Assembly (NCBI GenBank): GCA_963851265.1
Contig: CAWKNZ010000002.1
Coordinates: forward strand, 1,280,001-1,344,000
DNA from: an uncultured Gemmatimonadales bacterium
GTDB lineage: Bacteria > Gemmatimonadota > Gemmatimonadetes > Gemmatimonadales > Gemmatimonadaceae
Direction of reading: 5' to 3'
Length of the DNA stretch: 64,000 bases
Positions 41,773 to 51,571 of the stretch are shown here, piece by piece. The position numbers were made by a program, and so were the translations under genes. Position 1 is the first letter of the stretch; each line of letters begins with the position of its first letter. The notes beneath the pieces are model-generated. The model was given only the letters and a program-made list of their open reading frames with translations, ran no database searches and had not been told where the DNA came from.

Positions 41773-43398
41773 ATGTCTGATGCGAAGCCGGTGAAGTTGG
41801 TCACCCTGACGATCGAAGGGCGCCCGGTCACGGTGCCCGACGGCACGAGCATCCTGGAGGCCGGAAAGGCCGCCGGGGTGCTGATTCCGCACTACTGCTA
41901 CCACCCGGGGCTGCCGGTAGCGGGCGTGTGCCGGATGTGCCTCGTCGAGGTCGAGAAGTTCCCGAAGCTCGCGCCCGCGTGCGCGACCGCCGTCGGCGAG
42001 GGGCAGGTGGTCCACGTGCACTCGGAAAAGGCGCGTGAAGCGCGCAAGAGTGTGCTCGAGTTCCTGCTCATCAATCATCCGCTCGACTGCCCGATCTGCG
42101 ATCAGGCGGGACAGTGCGAGCTGCAGGACTACACGTTCCAGGAAGGGCGCGCCGAATCGCGCTACCTGGAGCCGAAGCGGTTCAACCCGGCCGAGGACTT
42201 CGGCGGGGACGTGCTGTACGTGACCAACCGCTGCATCCTGTGCACGCGCTGCGTCCGCTTCATGGACAGGGTGGCCGAGCAGCCGGTGCTCAACGTCAGC
42301 GAGCGCGGTGACCGCGCGGTGATCGGCATACACCCCGAGCACGACCTCGGGGATCACGCGTGGGCTGGGAACGTGATCGAGCTGTGCCCGGTCGGCGCGC
42401 TGATCTCGAAGGACTTCCACAACAAGGCGCGCGCGTGGGAGCTGGACCGCACCGCGTCGGTGTGCCCCAACTGCTCGCAGGGGTGCAACATGGTCGTCGA
42501 GACGCGGGACGACGTGGTTGTGCAGCTACGCCCGCGCGGCAATCCCGACGTCAACCAGTTCTACATGTGCGACCCGGGCCGCCTCAACTACCGGTGGCTC
42601 AACCGCCGCGATCGCGCGGAAGTGCCCTACGTGCGCGCGGGTGGGTCGGCGCCGGGACCGCGCGGGCGCGACCTCGAGCCGGCCGATTGGGACGACGCGG
42701 TCCGCACCGCGGGATCGCTGCTCGGCGGCGGGCGGGCGTACGTGCTCGCATCCCCGATGCTGTCCAACGAGGCGCTCTCGCTGCTCGCCCGGATCGTCGA
42801 GCGGACGGGCGGCGTCGGGGTCTACACGGTGCGCACCGGCGAGGAAGCTCCGCTCCCGGGCGTGCCCGATCTCGCGCTCCGCGCCGACCGCGCCGCCAAC
42901 GTGCGCGGCGCCGAACTGCTCGGCTTCCGCCGCGTCGCGGCGCGCGACGCGCTGTCGGGGCTGCGCGCGGGCGACGTGCTCGTCATCGCCGACGAGGAGC
43001 TCGCGGGCGAGCGCGTGACCGCCCCCAACGGACTGCGCACGATCGTGATCGGGACGACGGTGCCCGCCTGGGCCGCCTCGGCGGACGTCGTGCTGCCGAT
43101 CGGCAACATGAGTGAGGAGGACGGAACGTTCACGAACGTGCGGGGCCGCGTGCAGCGGTTCCAACAGGCGAAGTCCGCGCCGGCCCTCGCGCGGCCGAGT
43201 TGGGCCGTGCTCGGCGACGTGCTCGCGGCGATGGGCGACGGCGCGGGGTACTGGGCTCCCGCCGACGTGTTCGCCGCGCTCGCGGGCTCTCACGCCGCGT
43301 TCGCCGGGCTCTCCTACGATGCGTTAGGCATGCGCGGGCTGCCGATCGTCGACCAGGCCTCCGCGGAGCCGGCCGCGATGGCGGAGGCCGCGCCGTGA
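41773..43398 (+). CDS. nuoG: NADH-quinone oxidoreductase subunit G (short form)
   Basis: CYHP...CRMC, HPLDCPICDQAGQC, CILCTRC and CPNCSQGC. Length 541 aa. Confidence 0.93.
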   Translation: MSDAKPVKLVTLTIEGRPVTVPDGTSILEAGKAAGVLIPHYCYHPGLPVAGVCRMCLVEVEKFPKLAPACATAVGEGQVVHVHSEKAREARKSVLEFLLINHPLDCPICDQAGQCELQDYTFQEGRAESRYLEPKRFNPAEDFGGDVLYVTNRCILCTRCVRFMDRVAEQPVLNVSERGDRAVIGIHPEHDLGDHAWAGNVIELCPVGALISKDFHNKARAWELDRTASVCPNCSQGCNMVVETRDDVVVQLRPRGNPDVNQFYMCDPGRLNYRWLNRRDRAEVPYVRAGGSAPGPRGRDLEPADWDDAVRTAGSLLGGGRAYVLASPMLSNEALSLLARIVERTGGVGVYTVRTGEEAPLPGVPDLALRADRAANVRGAELLGFRRVAARDALSGLRAGDVLVIADEELAGERVTAPNGLRTIVIGTTVPAWAASADVVLPIGNMSEEDGTFTNVRGRVQRFQQAKSAPALARPSWAVLGDVLAAMGDGAGYWAPADVFAALAGSHAAFAGLSYDALGMRGLPIVDQASAEPAAMAEAAP

Positions 43399-44744
43399 CC
43401 GTGCCGTTCCTGCCGTTGTTCCAGACCGCGACGGTGACGCTCGCCGAGCCGGCGAGTCCGGTCGCGTTCGTGGTGTACGCGCTCGTCAAGATCCTCGCGG
43501 TCGTGGTCGGCGCGCTCACGCTCGTCGCGCTGCTCACGCTGGCCGAACGGCGCATCGCGGCATGGATCCAGGACCGGCACGGTCCCAACCGCGTCGGGCC
43601 GGGCGGGCTGCTGCAGCCGATGGCCGACGGCCTCAAGAACTTCATGAAGGAGGCGGCCGAGCCTGCGGCCGCGAACCGCGCGCTGTTCCTCATCGCGCCG
43701 GCGCTTTCGTTCATACCCGCGCTCCTGACGCTCGCCGTGATCCCGCTGGCGTCGCCGCTGCCGGTGACGCTTGCGTTCCTCCCCGCCGGTTGGCAGGGCC
43801 TCGTCCCGATGCAGGTCGCCGACCTGCCGATCGGGTACCTGTACATCCTCGCGATCACGTCGTTGGGCGTGTACGGCCTCACGCTCGCGGGCTGGAGCTC
43901 GAACAACAAGTACGCGCTTCTGGGCGGACTCCGGTCGAGCGCACAGCTCGTCAGCTACGAGCTCGCGATGGGCCTCTCGACCATCCCGGTTCTCCTGCTC
44001 GCGGGCAACGTCACGTTCAACCAGATCATCGCGCAGCAGGCGCGCGGCGGATTCTCGTGGAACATCGTGCTGCTCTCGGTCGCGTTCTTCACGTTCCTCG
44101 TTAGCGCGTTCGCGGAGACCAACCGCTTGCCGTTCGACCTCCCCGAGGCGGAGTCGGAGCTCGTGGCCGGGTACCACACCGAGTACAGCGGGATGAAGTT
44201 CGCGATGTTCTTCCTCGCCGAGTACTCGAACATGATCACGGCGAGCGCGTTCGTCACGACCATGTTCCTCGGCGGGTGGGACATCCCGTTCACGACGTGG
44301 GACAACGTTCCCCCGTGGACGCTGCTGAAGACCGTGGTGACGTTCGCGTTCTTCGCGGCGAAGGTCCTGTTCTTCCTGTTCCTCTACATCTGGATCCGCT
44401 GGACGCTGCCGCGCTTCCGCTATGATCAGCTCATGGCGCTCGGCTGGAAGTTCATGCTGCCGGTCGCGCTCGGGTACGTCGTGGTCGTCGCCGCGGCGGT
44501 GCTCGCGCTCGACGTGGTCGGGATCCGGCAGGGGACGCTCCCGTTCACCGCGTCGCTGTTCGTGATGAACCTGCTGCTCGTTGCGGTGCTGTTCGTCGTC
44601 GTCGATCGCGGCCGGCTGATCTCCCCGGCGAGTGCCCGCACGCGCACCCGCGAGATCGAGCGCCTGCGCGGCCTCGCCCGCGCCCGCGTGGCCGCCATGC
44701 GCGACCCCGCGTTCCGCGACCCTTCGTCCGTACCGACCGTCTAA
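43395..44744 (+). CDS. nuoH: NADH-quinone oxidoreductase subunit H
   Basis: ERRIAAWIQDRHGPNRVG, ETNRLPFDLPEAESELVAGY and PRFRYDQLM. Confidence 0.96.
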   Translation: MTVPFLPLFQTATVTLAEPASPVAFVVYALVKILAVVVGALTLVALLTLAERRIAAWIQDRHGPNRVGPGGLLQPMADGLKNFMKEAAEPAAANRALFLIAPALSFIPALLTLAVIPLASPLPVTLAFLPAGWQGLVPMQVADLPIGYLYILAITSLGVYGLTLAGWSSNNKYALLGGLRSSAQLVSYELAMGLSTIPVLLLAGNVTFNQIIAQQARGGFSWNIVLLSVAFFTFLVSAFAETNRLPFDLPEAESELVAGYHTEYSGMKFAMFFLAEYSNMITASAFVTTMFLGGWDIPFTTWDNVPPWTLLKTVVTFAFFAAKVLFFLFLYIWIRWTLPRFRYDQLMALGWKFMLPVALGYVVVVAAAVLALDVVGIRQGTLPFTASLFVMNLLLVAVLFVVVDRGRLISPASARTRTREIERLRGLARARVAAMRDPAFRDPSSVPTV

Positions 44745-44759
44745 CGACGGTCATCCGAC

Positions 44760-45257
44760 ATGGCAATCTCCGTCAAGGTTCTCGACCGCCCGGTCGAACA
44801 GGTGAGCTACGTGCGCGCGACGCTCACGGGCATGGCGAACACCATGCGCCACCTGCTCAACCCGCATAAGGTCACGACGCAGTATCCGGAACAGAAGGAA
44901 ACGCTCTCCCGCCGGTGGCGCGGCACGCACCGCATGCTGACCACCGAGACCGGGAAGGCCAAGTGCGTGGCGTGCGGCCTATGTCCGACGGTCTGCCCGG
45001 CCAACTGCATTAAGCTCGTCCCGGGTGAAGACGAGGACGGCAACCGTTACCCGCTCGTCTTCGAGATCGACGAGTTCCGCTGCATCTTCTGCGGGTACTG
45101 CCAGGAGGTGTGCCCGGAAGAAGCGATCCACGTCGGCCGGCATTACGAGAACTCGGAGTACAGCCGCGAAGGCTTCGTCTACGATCTGGAGCGCCTCATC
45201 GCGCAGACGCATCCGGTGAGCGAGCTCTGGGATCCCGCCGATCCGCGCGGCGAGTGA
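44760..45257 (+). CDS. nuoI: NADH-quinone oxidoreductase subunit I
   Basis: CVACGLCPTVCP and CIFCGYCQEVCP. Confidence 0.96.
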   Translation: MAISVKVLDRPVEQVSYVRATLTGMANTMRHLLNPHKVTTQYPEQKETLSRRWRGTHRMLTTETGKAKCVACGLCPTVCPANCIKLVPGEDEDGNRYPLVFEIDEFRCIFCGYCQEVCPEEAIHVGRHYENSEYSREGFVYDLERLIAQTHPVSELWDPADPRGE

Positions 45258-45279
45258 CGACCGTTCAACTGCGCCCGCG

Positions 45280-45819
45280 ATGACCGGCTTCGAGCAATTC
45301 TTCTTCTACCTCTTCGGCCTCACCGCGGTCGCGTCGGCGCTGCTGTTCGTCACGCGCAAGAGTCCGGTCGCCGCGGCGCTCTGGCTCGTGAGCACGATGT
45401 TCTCGCTCGCCGCGCTCTACATCCTCATGGACGCGCAGTTCGTCGGGGCGGTGCAGGTGCTCGTCTACGCGGGCGCGATCATGGTCGTGTTCCTGTTCGT
45501 CGTCATGCTGCTCAACCTCGGGCAGGCGGACGCGGCGACGGAATTTCGGGCGAACGGGACGCGGATCGCCGGCCTCCTCGTCGGCCTCGCGCTCCTCGCC
45601 GAGTTCCTCGTCGTCGCGCTCGGCAAGTTGCCGCCCGACCTCGGGCTCGGCATCGCGAGCGGCACGACGGCGGTGGTCAACGGCGACGAGAACGTGATCG
45701 CACCCGTCGCCGGCGAACTCTTCACGCAGCACCTCGTCGCGTTCGAGGTCACGAGCCTGCTGCTCCTCGCCTCCGTCGTCGGCGCGGTGGTGCTCGCCAA
45801 GCCGCGGAGGGACGCGTGA
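45280..45819 (+). CDS. nuoJ: NADH-quinone oxidoreductase subunit J
   Basis: [19 protein letters not shown] and FEVTSLLLL. Confidence 0.95.
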   Translation: MTGFEQFFFYLFGLTAVASALLFVTRKSPVAAALWLVSTMFSLAALYILMDAQFVGAVQVLVYAGAIMVVFLFVVMLLNLGQADAATEFRANGTRIAGLLVGLALLAEFLVVALGKLPPDLGLGIASGTTAVVNGDENVIAPVAGELFTQHLVAFEVTSLLLLASVVGAVVLAKPRRDA

Positions 45820-46112
45820 TCGCTCAGGCGTTGCTCATCGCCGCCGCGCTGTTCGTGATCGGCGTGGTGGGCGTGCTCACCCGACGAAACGCGCTCGTGC
45901 TGTTCATGTGCGTCGAGCTCATGCTCAACGCGGTGAACCTCACCTTCGTTGCCCTATCGCGCCTGCACGGCGGGACGCTGGGCCAGGCGTTCGTTGTGTT
46001 CGTGATGACCGTGGCGGCGGCCGAAGCGGCGGTCGGCCTCGCCATCGTCATCGCCGTCTTCCGCCACTTCGGGACCGTGGACCTTCGCAACATCAACCTC
46101 CTGCGCGGCTGA
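45816..46112 (+). CDS. nuoK: NADH-quinone oxidoreductase subunit K
   Basis: ELMLNAVN and [10 protein letters not shown]. Confidence 0.96.
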   Translation: MIAQALLIAAALFVIGVVGVLTRRNALVLFMCVELMLNAVNLTFVALSRLHGGTLGQAFVVFVMTVAAAEAAVGLAIVIAVFRHFGTVDLRNINLLRG

Positions 46113-48289
46113 TGGGCGCCGTCTCGACCCACCCGCTCGCTGGCGGTCCCGCCGAGCTGATCTGGCTGCTCCCGCTGCTGCCGCTGCTCGGCTTCCTCGC
46201 CAACGGTGCGCTGTCGTTGCTGCCGGCCGCGCGCACGCATGGCGCCGCGGCACCCGAGGGCGCTGGCGGTACCGACGACATCCACGGCGGGCCGCCGCGC
46301 GACGCACCGCCGCCGTACGCCGGGCTCGTCAGCCTCATCGGGCCGACGGCCATCGGGCTCGCGTTCGCGCTCGCCGCGACGGTGTTCGCCTCCATGCTCG
46401 CGGTGCCGCGCGCGACGCTCGTCGCCGCCGGGCCGTACGTGGCGCGCTACGCGGAGTGGATGCCCGCCGGCGACCTGCGCGTGGACTGGGCGTTCCAGCT
46501 CGACCAGCTCTCGATGCTCATGGTCCTCGTGATCACGGGCGTCGGCACGCTGATCCACGTCTTCAGCATCGGCTACATGCGGCGCGACCCGGGGTACGCA
46601 CGCTACTTCGCGTACCTGAATCTGTTCGTCGCGTTCATGCTCGTGCTGGTGCTCGGCGCCAACTACCCCGTGATGTTCATCGGGTGGGAAGGCGTGGGGC
46701 TCGCGTCGTATCTGCTGATCGGGTTCTGGTTCGCGGAGTCGTCCAACGCGACAGCCGGACGCAAGGCGTTCGTCGTCAATCGCGTCGGCGACTTCGGCCT
46801 GCTCATCGCGATGTTCCTCCTGTTCGCGAATTTCGGCACGCTGGACTTCGCGCTGCTCAACCGCTCGTACGCCGGGCTCGCCGTGGGCAGCCCGCTCGCC
46901 ACGCTCGTCTGCCTGTTCCTCTTCCTCGGCTGCGCGGGCAAGAGCGCGCAGATTCCGCTCTACATCTGGCTGCCCGACGCGATGGCCGGCCCGACGCCGG
47001 TTTCGGCGTTGATCCACGCCGCGACGATGGTCACGGCCGGGGTCTACCTCGTCGCGCGAAGCGGCGTGCTGTTCGCACTCGCGCCCGCGGCCTCGCTCGC
47101 GGTGGCGCTCGTCGGCGCGCTCACGGCGCTGTTCGCGGCCACCGTCGGGCTCAAGCAGTGGGACATCAAGAAGGTGCTCGCGTACTCCACGATCTCGCAG
47201 CTCGGCTACATGTTCATGGCCGCGGGCGTGGGCGCGTACACGGCCGCCGTCTTCCACCTCGTGACGCACGCCTTCTTCAAGGCGCTGCTCTTCCTTGGCG
47301 CGGGCTCGGTGATCTACGCGCTGCACGAGGCATATCACGCGACGCATCGCGACGACGAGGACGCGCAGGACATGCGCAACATGGGTGGGCTGCGCCGCGC
47401 GATGCCGATCACCTTCGTCCTGATGTGGGCTGCCACGCTGGCGATTGCCGGAGTCCCGCCGTTCGCTGGATTCTTCTCGAAGGACCAGATTCTCGGCGCC
47501 GTGTTCGAGCGCGCGTCGGATTCGGCCGCGTTTCGGGGCGTGTCGTTCCTCGGTGTGAGCGGATCGGTGTGGCTCTACATCGTGTACGCGATCGGGCTCG
47601 TCACCGCGTTCATCACGGCCGTCTACATGACGCGCATGATGCTGTACACCTTCCACGGTGCGAACCGCACCGGCGACGCCGAACGGCCGCATCTGCGCGA
47701 GGCGCCATGGGTGATGACCGCGCCGCTCGCGGTGCTCGGCGTGTTGACGGTCTTGGGCGGCTGGCTGAACATCCCGGCCATCGCCAGCTTCGCGGGGCCT
47801 GTGGGCGCGCTCGACCGGTGGCTCGACCCGGTAGTCGGCGCCGCGTCGGCGTCGCTGGCGAGCGGCGCGACGGGCGCCGAGCGGCATGCGGCGTCCAGTC
47901 CCGAAGCGATGCTGATCGGCGCGGCCGTCGCCGTCGCGATCGCGGGCATCGCGCTCGCGGTCGTCCTGCTGAAGCCGGCGCGGCTCGTCACCAAGTCCGC
48001 GTACGACGTGCCAGAGTCCGGGGTGGAGCGGGCGCTCCGGCACGCGTACTACGTGGACGACGCCGTCGACCGCGGCCTCGCCCGCCCGTTGATGACCTTC
48101 GCGCGGAACGTGCTCTGGCGCGGCGTGGACGCGGGCATCATCGACGGCCTGATCATCCGCGGGTCGGCACTCGCGGCCCGCGGTGCGGGGTGGCTCGGCT
48201 CTCGCGCGCAGTCGGGGAGCGTCGGTAACTACGCGTGGGTCGTCGCGGTGGGCGCGCTCGTCGTCATCGGCGTGGTCGCCTTCGGATGA
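46112..48289 (+). CDS. nuoL: NADH-quinone oxidoreductase subunit L
   Basis: WEGVG, GKSAQIPL..WLPDAMAGPTPVSALIHAATMV and HAFFKALLF. Confidence 0.96.
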   Translation: MGAVSTHPLAGGPAELIWLLPLLPLLGFLANGALSLLPAARTHGAAAPEGAGGTDDIHGGPPRDAPPPYAGLVSLIGPTAIGLAFALAATVFASMLAVPRATLVAAGPYVARYAEWMPAGDLRVDWAFQLDQLSMLMVLVITGVGTLIHVFSIGYMRRDPGYARYFAYLNLFVAFMLVLVLGANYPVMFIGWEGVGLASYLLIGFWFAESSNATAGRKAFVVNRVGDFGLLIAMFLLFANFGTLDFALLNRSYAGLAVGSPLATLVCLFLFLGCAGKSAQIPLYIWLPDAMAGPTPVSALIHAATMVTAGVYLVARSGVLFALAPAASLAVALVGALTALFAATVGLKQWDIKKVLAYSTISQLGYMFMAAGVGAYTAAVFHLVTHAFFKALLFLGAGSVIYALHEAYHATHRDDEDAQDMRNMGGLRRAMPITFVLMWAATLAIAGVPPFAGFFSKDQILGAVFERASDSAAFRGVSFLGVSGSVWLYIVYAIGLVTAFITAVYMTRMMLYTFHGANRTGDAERPHLREAPWVMTAPLAVLGVLTVLGGWLNIPAIASFAGPVGALDRWLDPVVGAASASLASGATGAERHAASSPEAMLIGAAVAVAIAGIALAVVLLKPARLVTKSAYDVPESGVERALRHAYYVDDAVDRGLARPLMTFARNVLWRGVDAGIIDGLIIRGSALAARGAGWLGSRAQSGSVGNYAWVVAVGALVVIGVVAFG

Positions 48290-49941
48290 TGCGCGCCTTC
48301 CTGACGAACCTCGGCTTCGGCACGTGGGTGCTGCCCGCGCTGCTCACCTGGCCCCTGATCGGGGCCGCGCTTATCGCGCTCTTCGCGGAGGCGCAGCCGT
48401 ACGGGGACGACGGTGACGCGGCGGGAGGTGCGGCCGGACGTCGCACGGGCGACACGATCCGTACGCCGCGGGTGCTCGGCGCCGCGGTACTGATTGGCGA
48501 GGCGGTGCTCGCGCTCGGACTGTGGGCGTACTTCGACCCGGCCGCGACGACCTGGCAGGCGCGCGTCGAGCTGCCGTGGATTCCGGAATGGGGCGCGCAC
48601 ATCGGCCTCGGAGTGGACGGGCTCTCGCTCGTCATGGTGATGCTCACGGCGTTGCTCATGCCGCTCGCCGTGCTCGGCTCGTGGCGGAGCGTGCGCGAGC
48701 GACCGGCGTCGTACTACGCGCTGCTGCTCGCGCTCACGACCGGCATCATGGGCGTGTTCGTGTCGCGCGACCTGCTGCTGTTCTATCTCTGCTGGGAGCT
48801 CGTGCTGATCCCGATGTACTTCATGATCGGGATCTCGGGCTCCGGTGAGCGGACCGCGGCGAGTCTGCAGTACTTCATCGTCGCGACGCTCGGGTCGCTG
48901 CTGATGCTGGCGTCGATCGTGGCACTGTGGAACGCGGCCGGGCGGCACACGTTCGACATCGATCAGACGATCGCGGCCGTGCGTGACACAATGAAATTCT
49001 CGCAGCAGCGCTGGCTGTTCCTCGGCTTCTTCGCCGCGCTCGCGATCAAGAGCGCGTACTTCCCGCTGCACAGTTGGCTCCCCGCGGCACAGCGGAGCGC
49101 ACCGACCAGCGCCGCGGTCGCGCTCGGCATCAAGGTCGGAACGTACGGGATGCTGCGCTTCGCGCTCCCGCTGTTCCCCGGCGCGGCCATCGACCCGACG
49201 CTTCGCACGACGATCATCGGCATCGCGGTCGCGGGCATTCTCTACGGCGCGCTCGTCGCCGCGGTGCAGCCCGATCTGCGCCGACTCGCGTCGTACGCGT
49301 CGGTGAGTCACCTCGGGTTCGTCGTCCTCGGCATCTTCGCGCTCACGGCGGAGAGCATCCAGGGCGCGATGCTCGTCATGCTCAGCCACGGCATCTCGCT
49401 CGGCGCGCTGTTCGTGCTCGCCGGCATCCTCGAAGACCGGACGGGCACGTCGACGCTCGACCGTTTCGGCGGGCTCGCGCGCACGCTCCCGGTGTTCGCG
49501 GTCGCGATGGTCGTCGTCGCGCTCAGCGCGCTCGGGCTTCCAGGGACGAACGGCTTCGTCGGCGAGTTCCTCGTGCTGCTCGGTGCGTTCCGGACCTACC
49601 CCCAAGCCACGCTGATCGCGACGATCGGCGTGATCCTCGCCGCTGTCTACCTGCTCGGCGCGTTGCAGCGCGTGCTCTTCAGCGCCCGCCGCGATCCCAC
49701 GGCCGACGTGCCCGACGTGTCGACGCCCGTGACGCGCGTCGTCGACCTCGACGCGCGCGAGCTCACCGTGCTCGCCGCATTCACGCTCGCCATCGTCTGG
49801 CTGGGCGTCGCGCCCGCGCCGGTGCTGCGCCGCATGGAAGGTCCCGTGCGTCGCATCGTCGACCAGGTCCAGAGCGGCGGAATGCCGCAACCCCTGACGG
49901 CCGCGATCGCGCCCGTTCGCCCCCGACTGATCGCCCCGTGA
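48286..49941 (+). CDS. nuoM: NADH-quinone oxidoreductase subunit M
   Basis: LGVDGLS, FYLCWE, SHLGF and LPGTNGFVGEF. Position between nuoL and nuoN. Confidence 0.93.
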   Translation: MMRAFLTNLGFGTWVLPALLTWPLIGAALIALFAEAQPYGDDGDAAGGAAGRRTGDTIRTPRVLGAAVLIGEAVLALGLWAYFDPAATTWQARVELPWIPEWGAHIGLGVDGLSLVMVMLTALLMPLAVLGSWRSVRERPASYYALLLALTTGIMGVFVSRDLLLFYLCWELVLIPMYFMIGISGSGERTAASLQYFIVATLGSLLMLASIVALWNAAGRHTFDIDQTIAAVRDTMKFSQQRWLFLGFFAALAIKSAYFPLHSWLPAAQRSAPTSAAVALGIKVGTYGMLRFALPLFPGAAIDPTLRTTIIGIAVAGILYGALVAAVQPDLRRLASYASVSHLGFVVLGIFALTAESIQGAMLVMLSHGISLGALFVLAGILEDRTGTSTLDRFGGLARTLPVFAVAMVVVALSALGLPGTNGFVGEFLVLLGAFRTYPQATLIATIGVILAAVYLLGALQRVLFSARRDPTADVPDVSTPVTRVVDLDARELTVLAAFTLAIVWLGVAPAPVLRRMEGPVRRIVDQVQSGGMPQPLTAAIAPVRPRLIAP

Positions 49942-51509
49942 ACGGCTCGCTGACCGGCTTCTCGACCGCCGCGCTCCTCCCCGATCTCATCGTCGGCGTC
50001 GGCGCGTTGCTGCTGCTCCTGTGGAGCGCCGCGCGCCGCGACGACGACGTGGACGCATCGCGGGCTGCCGCGCTGGGTGTCGTCGGCGTCTGCGCGACCG
50101 CACTCGCGGCGGTGATCGCACTCGCGACACAGAGCATCGCGGCCGGTGTCGTGCCCGGTGTGGCGACCGACGGGTTCCGGTGGGGAATCGACGCCGTGGT
50201 GCTCATCGGCGCGGCGCTCAGCGCGCTGCTGGCCGGCGACGACGCGCGCCGACCGGGCGCGGCGCAACCCGAGGCGTTCGCGCTGATGCTGCTGTCGGTA
50301 TCGGGGATGCTGCTCCTGGCGGGCGCGCGCGACCTGATCCTCGTGTTTCTCGGCATCGAGCTGATGTCGATCCCCGTCTACGTCCTGGCCGGCATCAACC
50401 GGCGCAGCGCACGCTCGGCCGAGGCCGCGCTCAAGTATTTCCTGCTCGGCGCGTTCTCGACGGCCTTCCTGCTGTACGGCGTGGCGCTCGTGTACGGTGC
50501 GACCGGCGCGACCGACGTCGACGCGATCGCGCGGGCCGTCGCCGGTTCGACGGGCGCGCTGCCGCCCGTCGTGCTCTGGCTCGGTATCGGGGCCGTGATG
50601 GTCGGGCTCGGATTCAAGGTCGCGGCGGTTCCGTTCCACATGTGGACGCCCGACGTCTACGAGGGCGCGCCGACGCCGTACACCGCGTTCATGGCGGTGG
50701 GCGTCAAGGCGGCGGCGTTCGCGGCCTTCGCCCGCGTCCTCGTGGAGGGGATGGGCGGCGCGGTCGAACACTGGCATGCGACGCTCTGGTGGATCGCCGT
50801 GCTCACGATGTTCGGCGGCAACCTCGTCGCGCTCACACAGCGGGGCGTCAAGCGCATGCTCGCGTACTCGAGCGTCGCGCACGCCGGATACCTGCTCGTC
50901 GCGATCGTCAGCAACTCCGCGCTCGGCAGTTCCGCCCTCGTGTTCTATCTCGCGGCGTACACGCTCGCGACGGTCGGTGCGTTCGCAGTCGTGCAGGCCT
51001 TAAGCGGCACGCCAGCGGGCGACGCGCTCGAACGCTGGGACGGCCTGTTTCGCGTTCGCCCTCACCTCGCGGTCGCGATGGCGGTGTTCATGCTCGCCCT
51101 GCTGGGCTTTCCGATTGCGGGCGGTATGGGATTCTTCGCCAAGTGGTACGTCTTGCAGGCCGCGCTCGCGCCGATCGCCCCGCAGTTGCCCCAGTCACGG
51201 CTCGCCGTGCTGCTCGTGGTCGCGAGCGTGATTTCGGCGGGGTACTATCTCAACGTCGTCGCACGGATGTTCATGCGAGGCCGCGACGAGAACGCGCCGC
51301 CGATCGGCCCCACCGCGTCCTGGACGCGGGTCGTGATCGGCGCATGCGCGATCCTTCTCCTCGTGCTCGGCGTCTACCCGACGCCCGCGGTCGACGCGGC
51401 GCAGTCGGCGGCGCTCCGGCCGGCCGGGCGCCAGGCCGGTTCGCGCGTGGTGAACGCGCCATCCGTCGCCCGCCCGCCGCGCGACACGACTGTCGCGGTC
51501 GTTCCCTGA
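49938..51509 (+). CDS. nuoN: NADH-quinone oxidoreductase subunit N
   Basis: EAALKYFLLG, FKVAAVPFHMWTPDVYEGAP and KRMLAYSSVAHAGY. Confidence 0.95.
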   Translation: MNGSLTGFSTAALLPDLIVGVGALLLLLWSAARRDDDVDASRAAALGVVGVCATALAAVIALATQSIAAGVVPGVATDGFRWGIDAVVLIGAALSALLAGDDARRPGAAQPEAFALMLLSVSGMLLLAGARDLILVFLGIELMSIPVYVLAGINRRSARSAEAALKYFLLGAFSTAFLLYGVALVYGATGATDVDAIARAVAGSTGALPPVVLWLGIGAVMVGLGFKVAAVPFHMWTPDVYEGAPTPYTAFMAVGVKAAAFAAFARVLVEGMGGAVEHWHATLWWIAVLTMFGGNLVALTQRGVKRMLAYSSVAHAGYLLVAIVSNSALGSSALVFYLAAYTLATVGAFAVVQALSGTPAGDALERWDGLFRVRPHLAVAMAVFMLALLGFPIAGGMGFFAKWYVLQAALAPIAPQLPQSRLAVLLVVASVISAGYYLNVVARMFMRGRDENAPPIGPTASWTRVVIGACAILLLVLGVYPTPAVDAAQSAALRPAGRQAGSRVVNAPSVARPPRDTTVAVVP

Positions 51510-51571
51510 GCACCCTCCCCGCACACCTCGCCGCCGCGTCCGTCCCGGGCGGTCCCTCCCACACGCAACGC

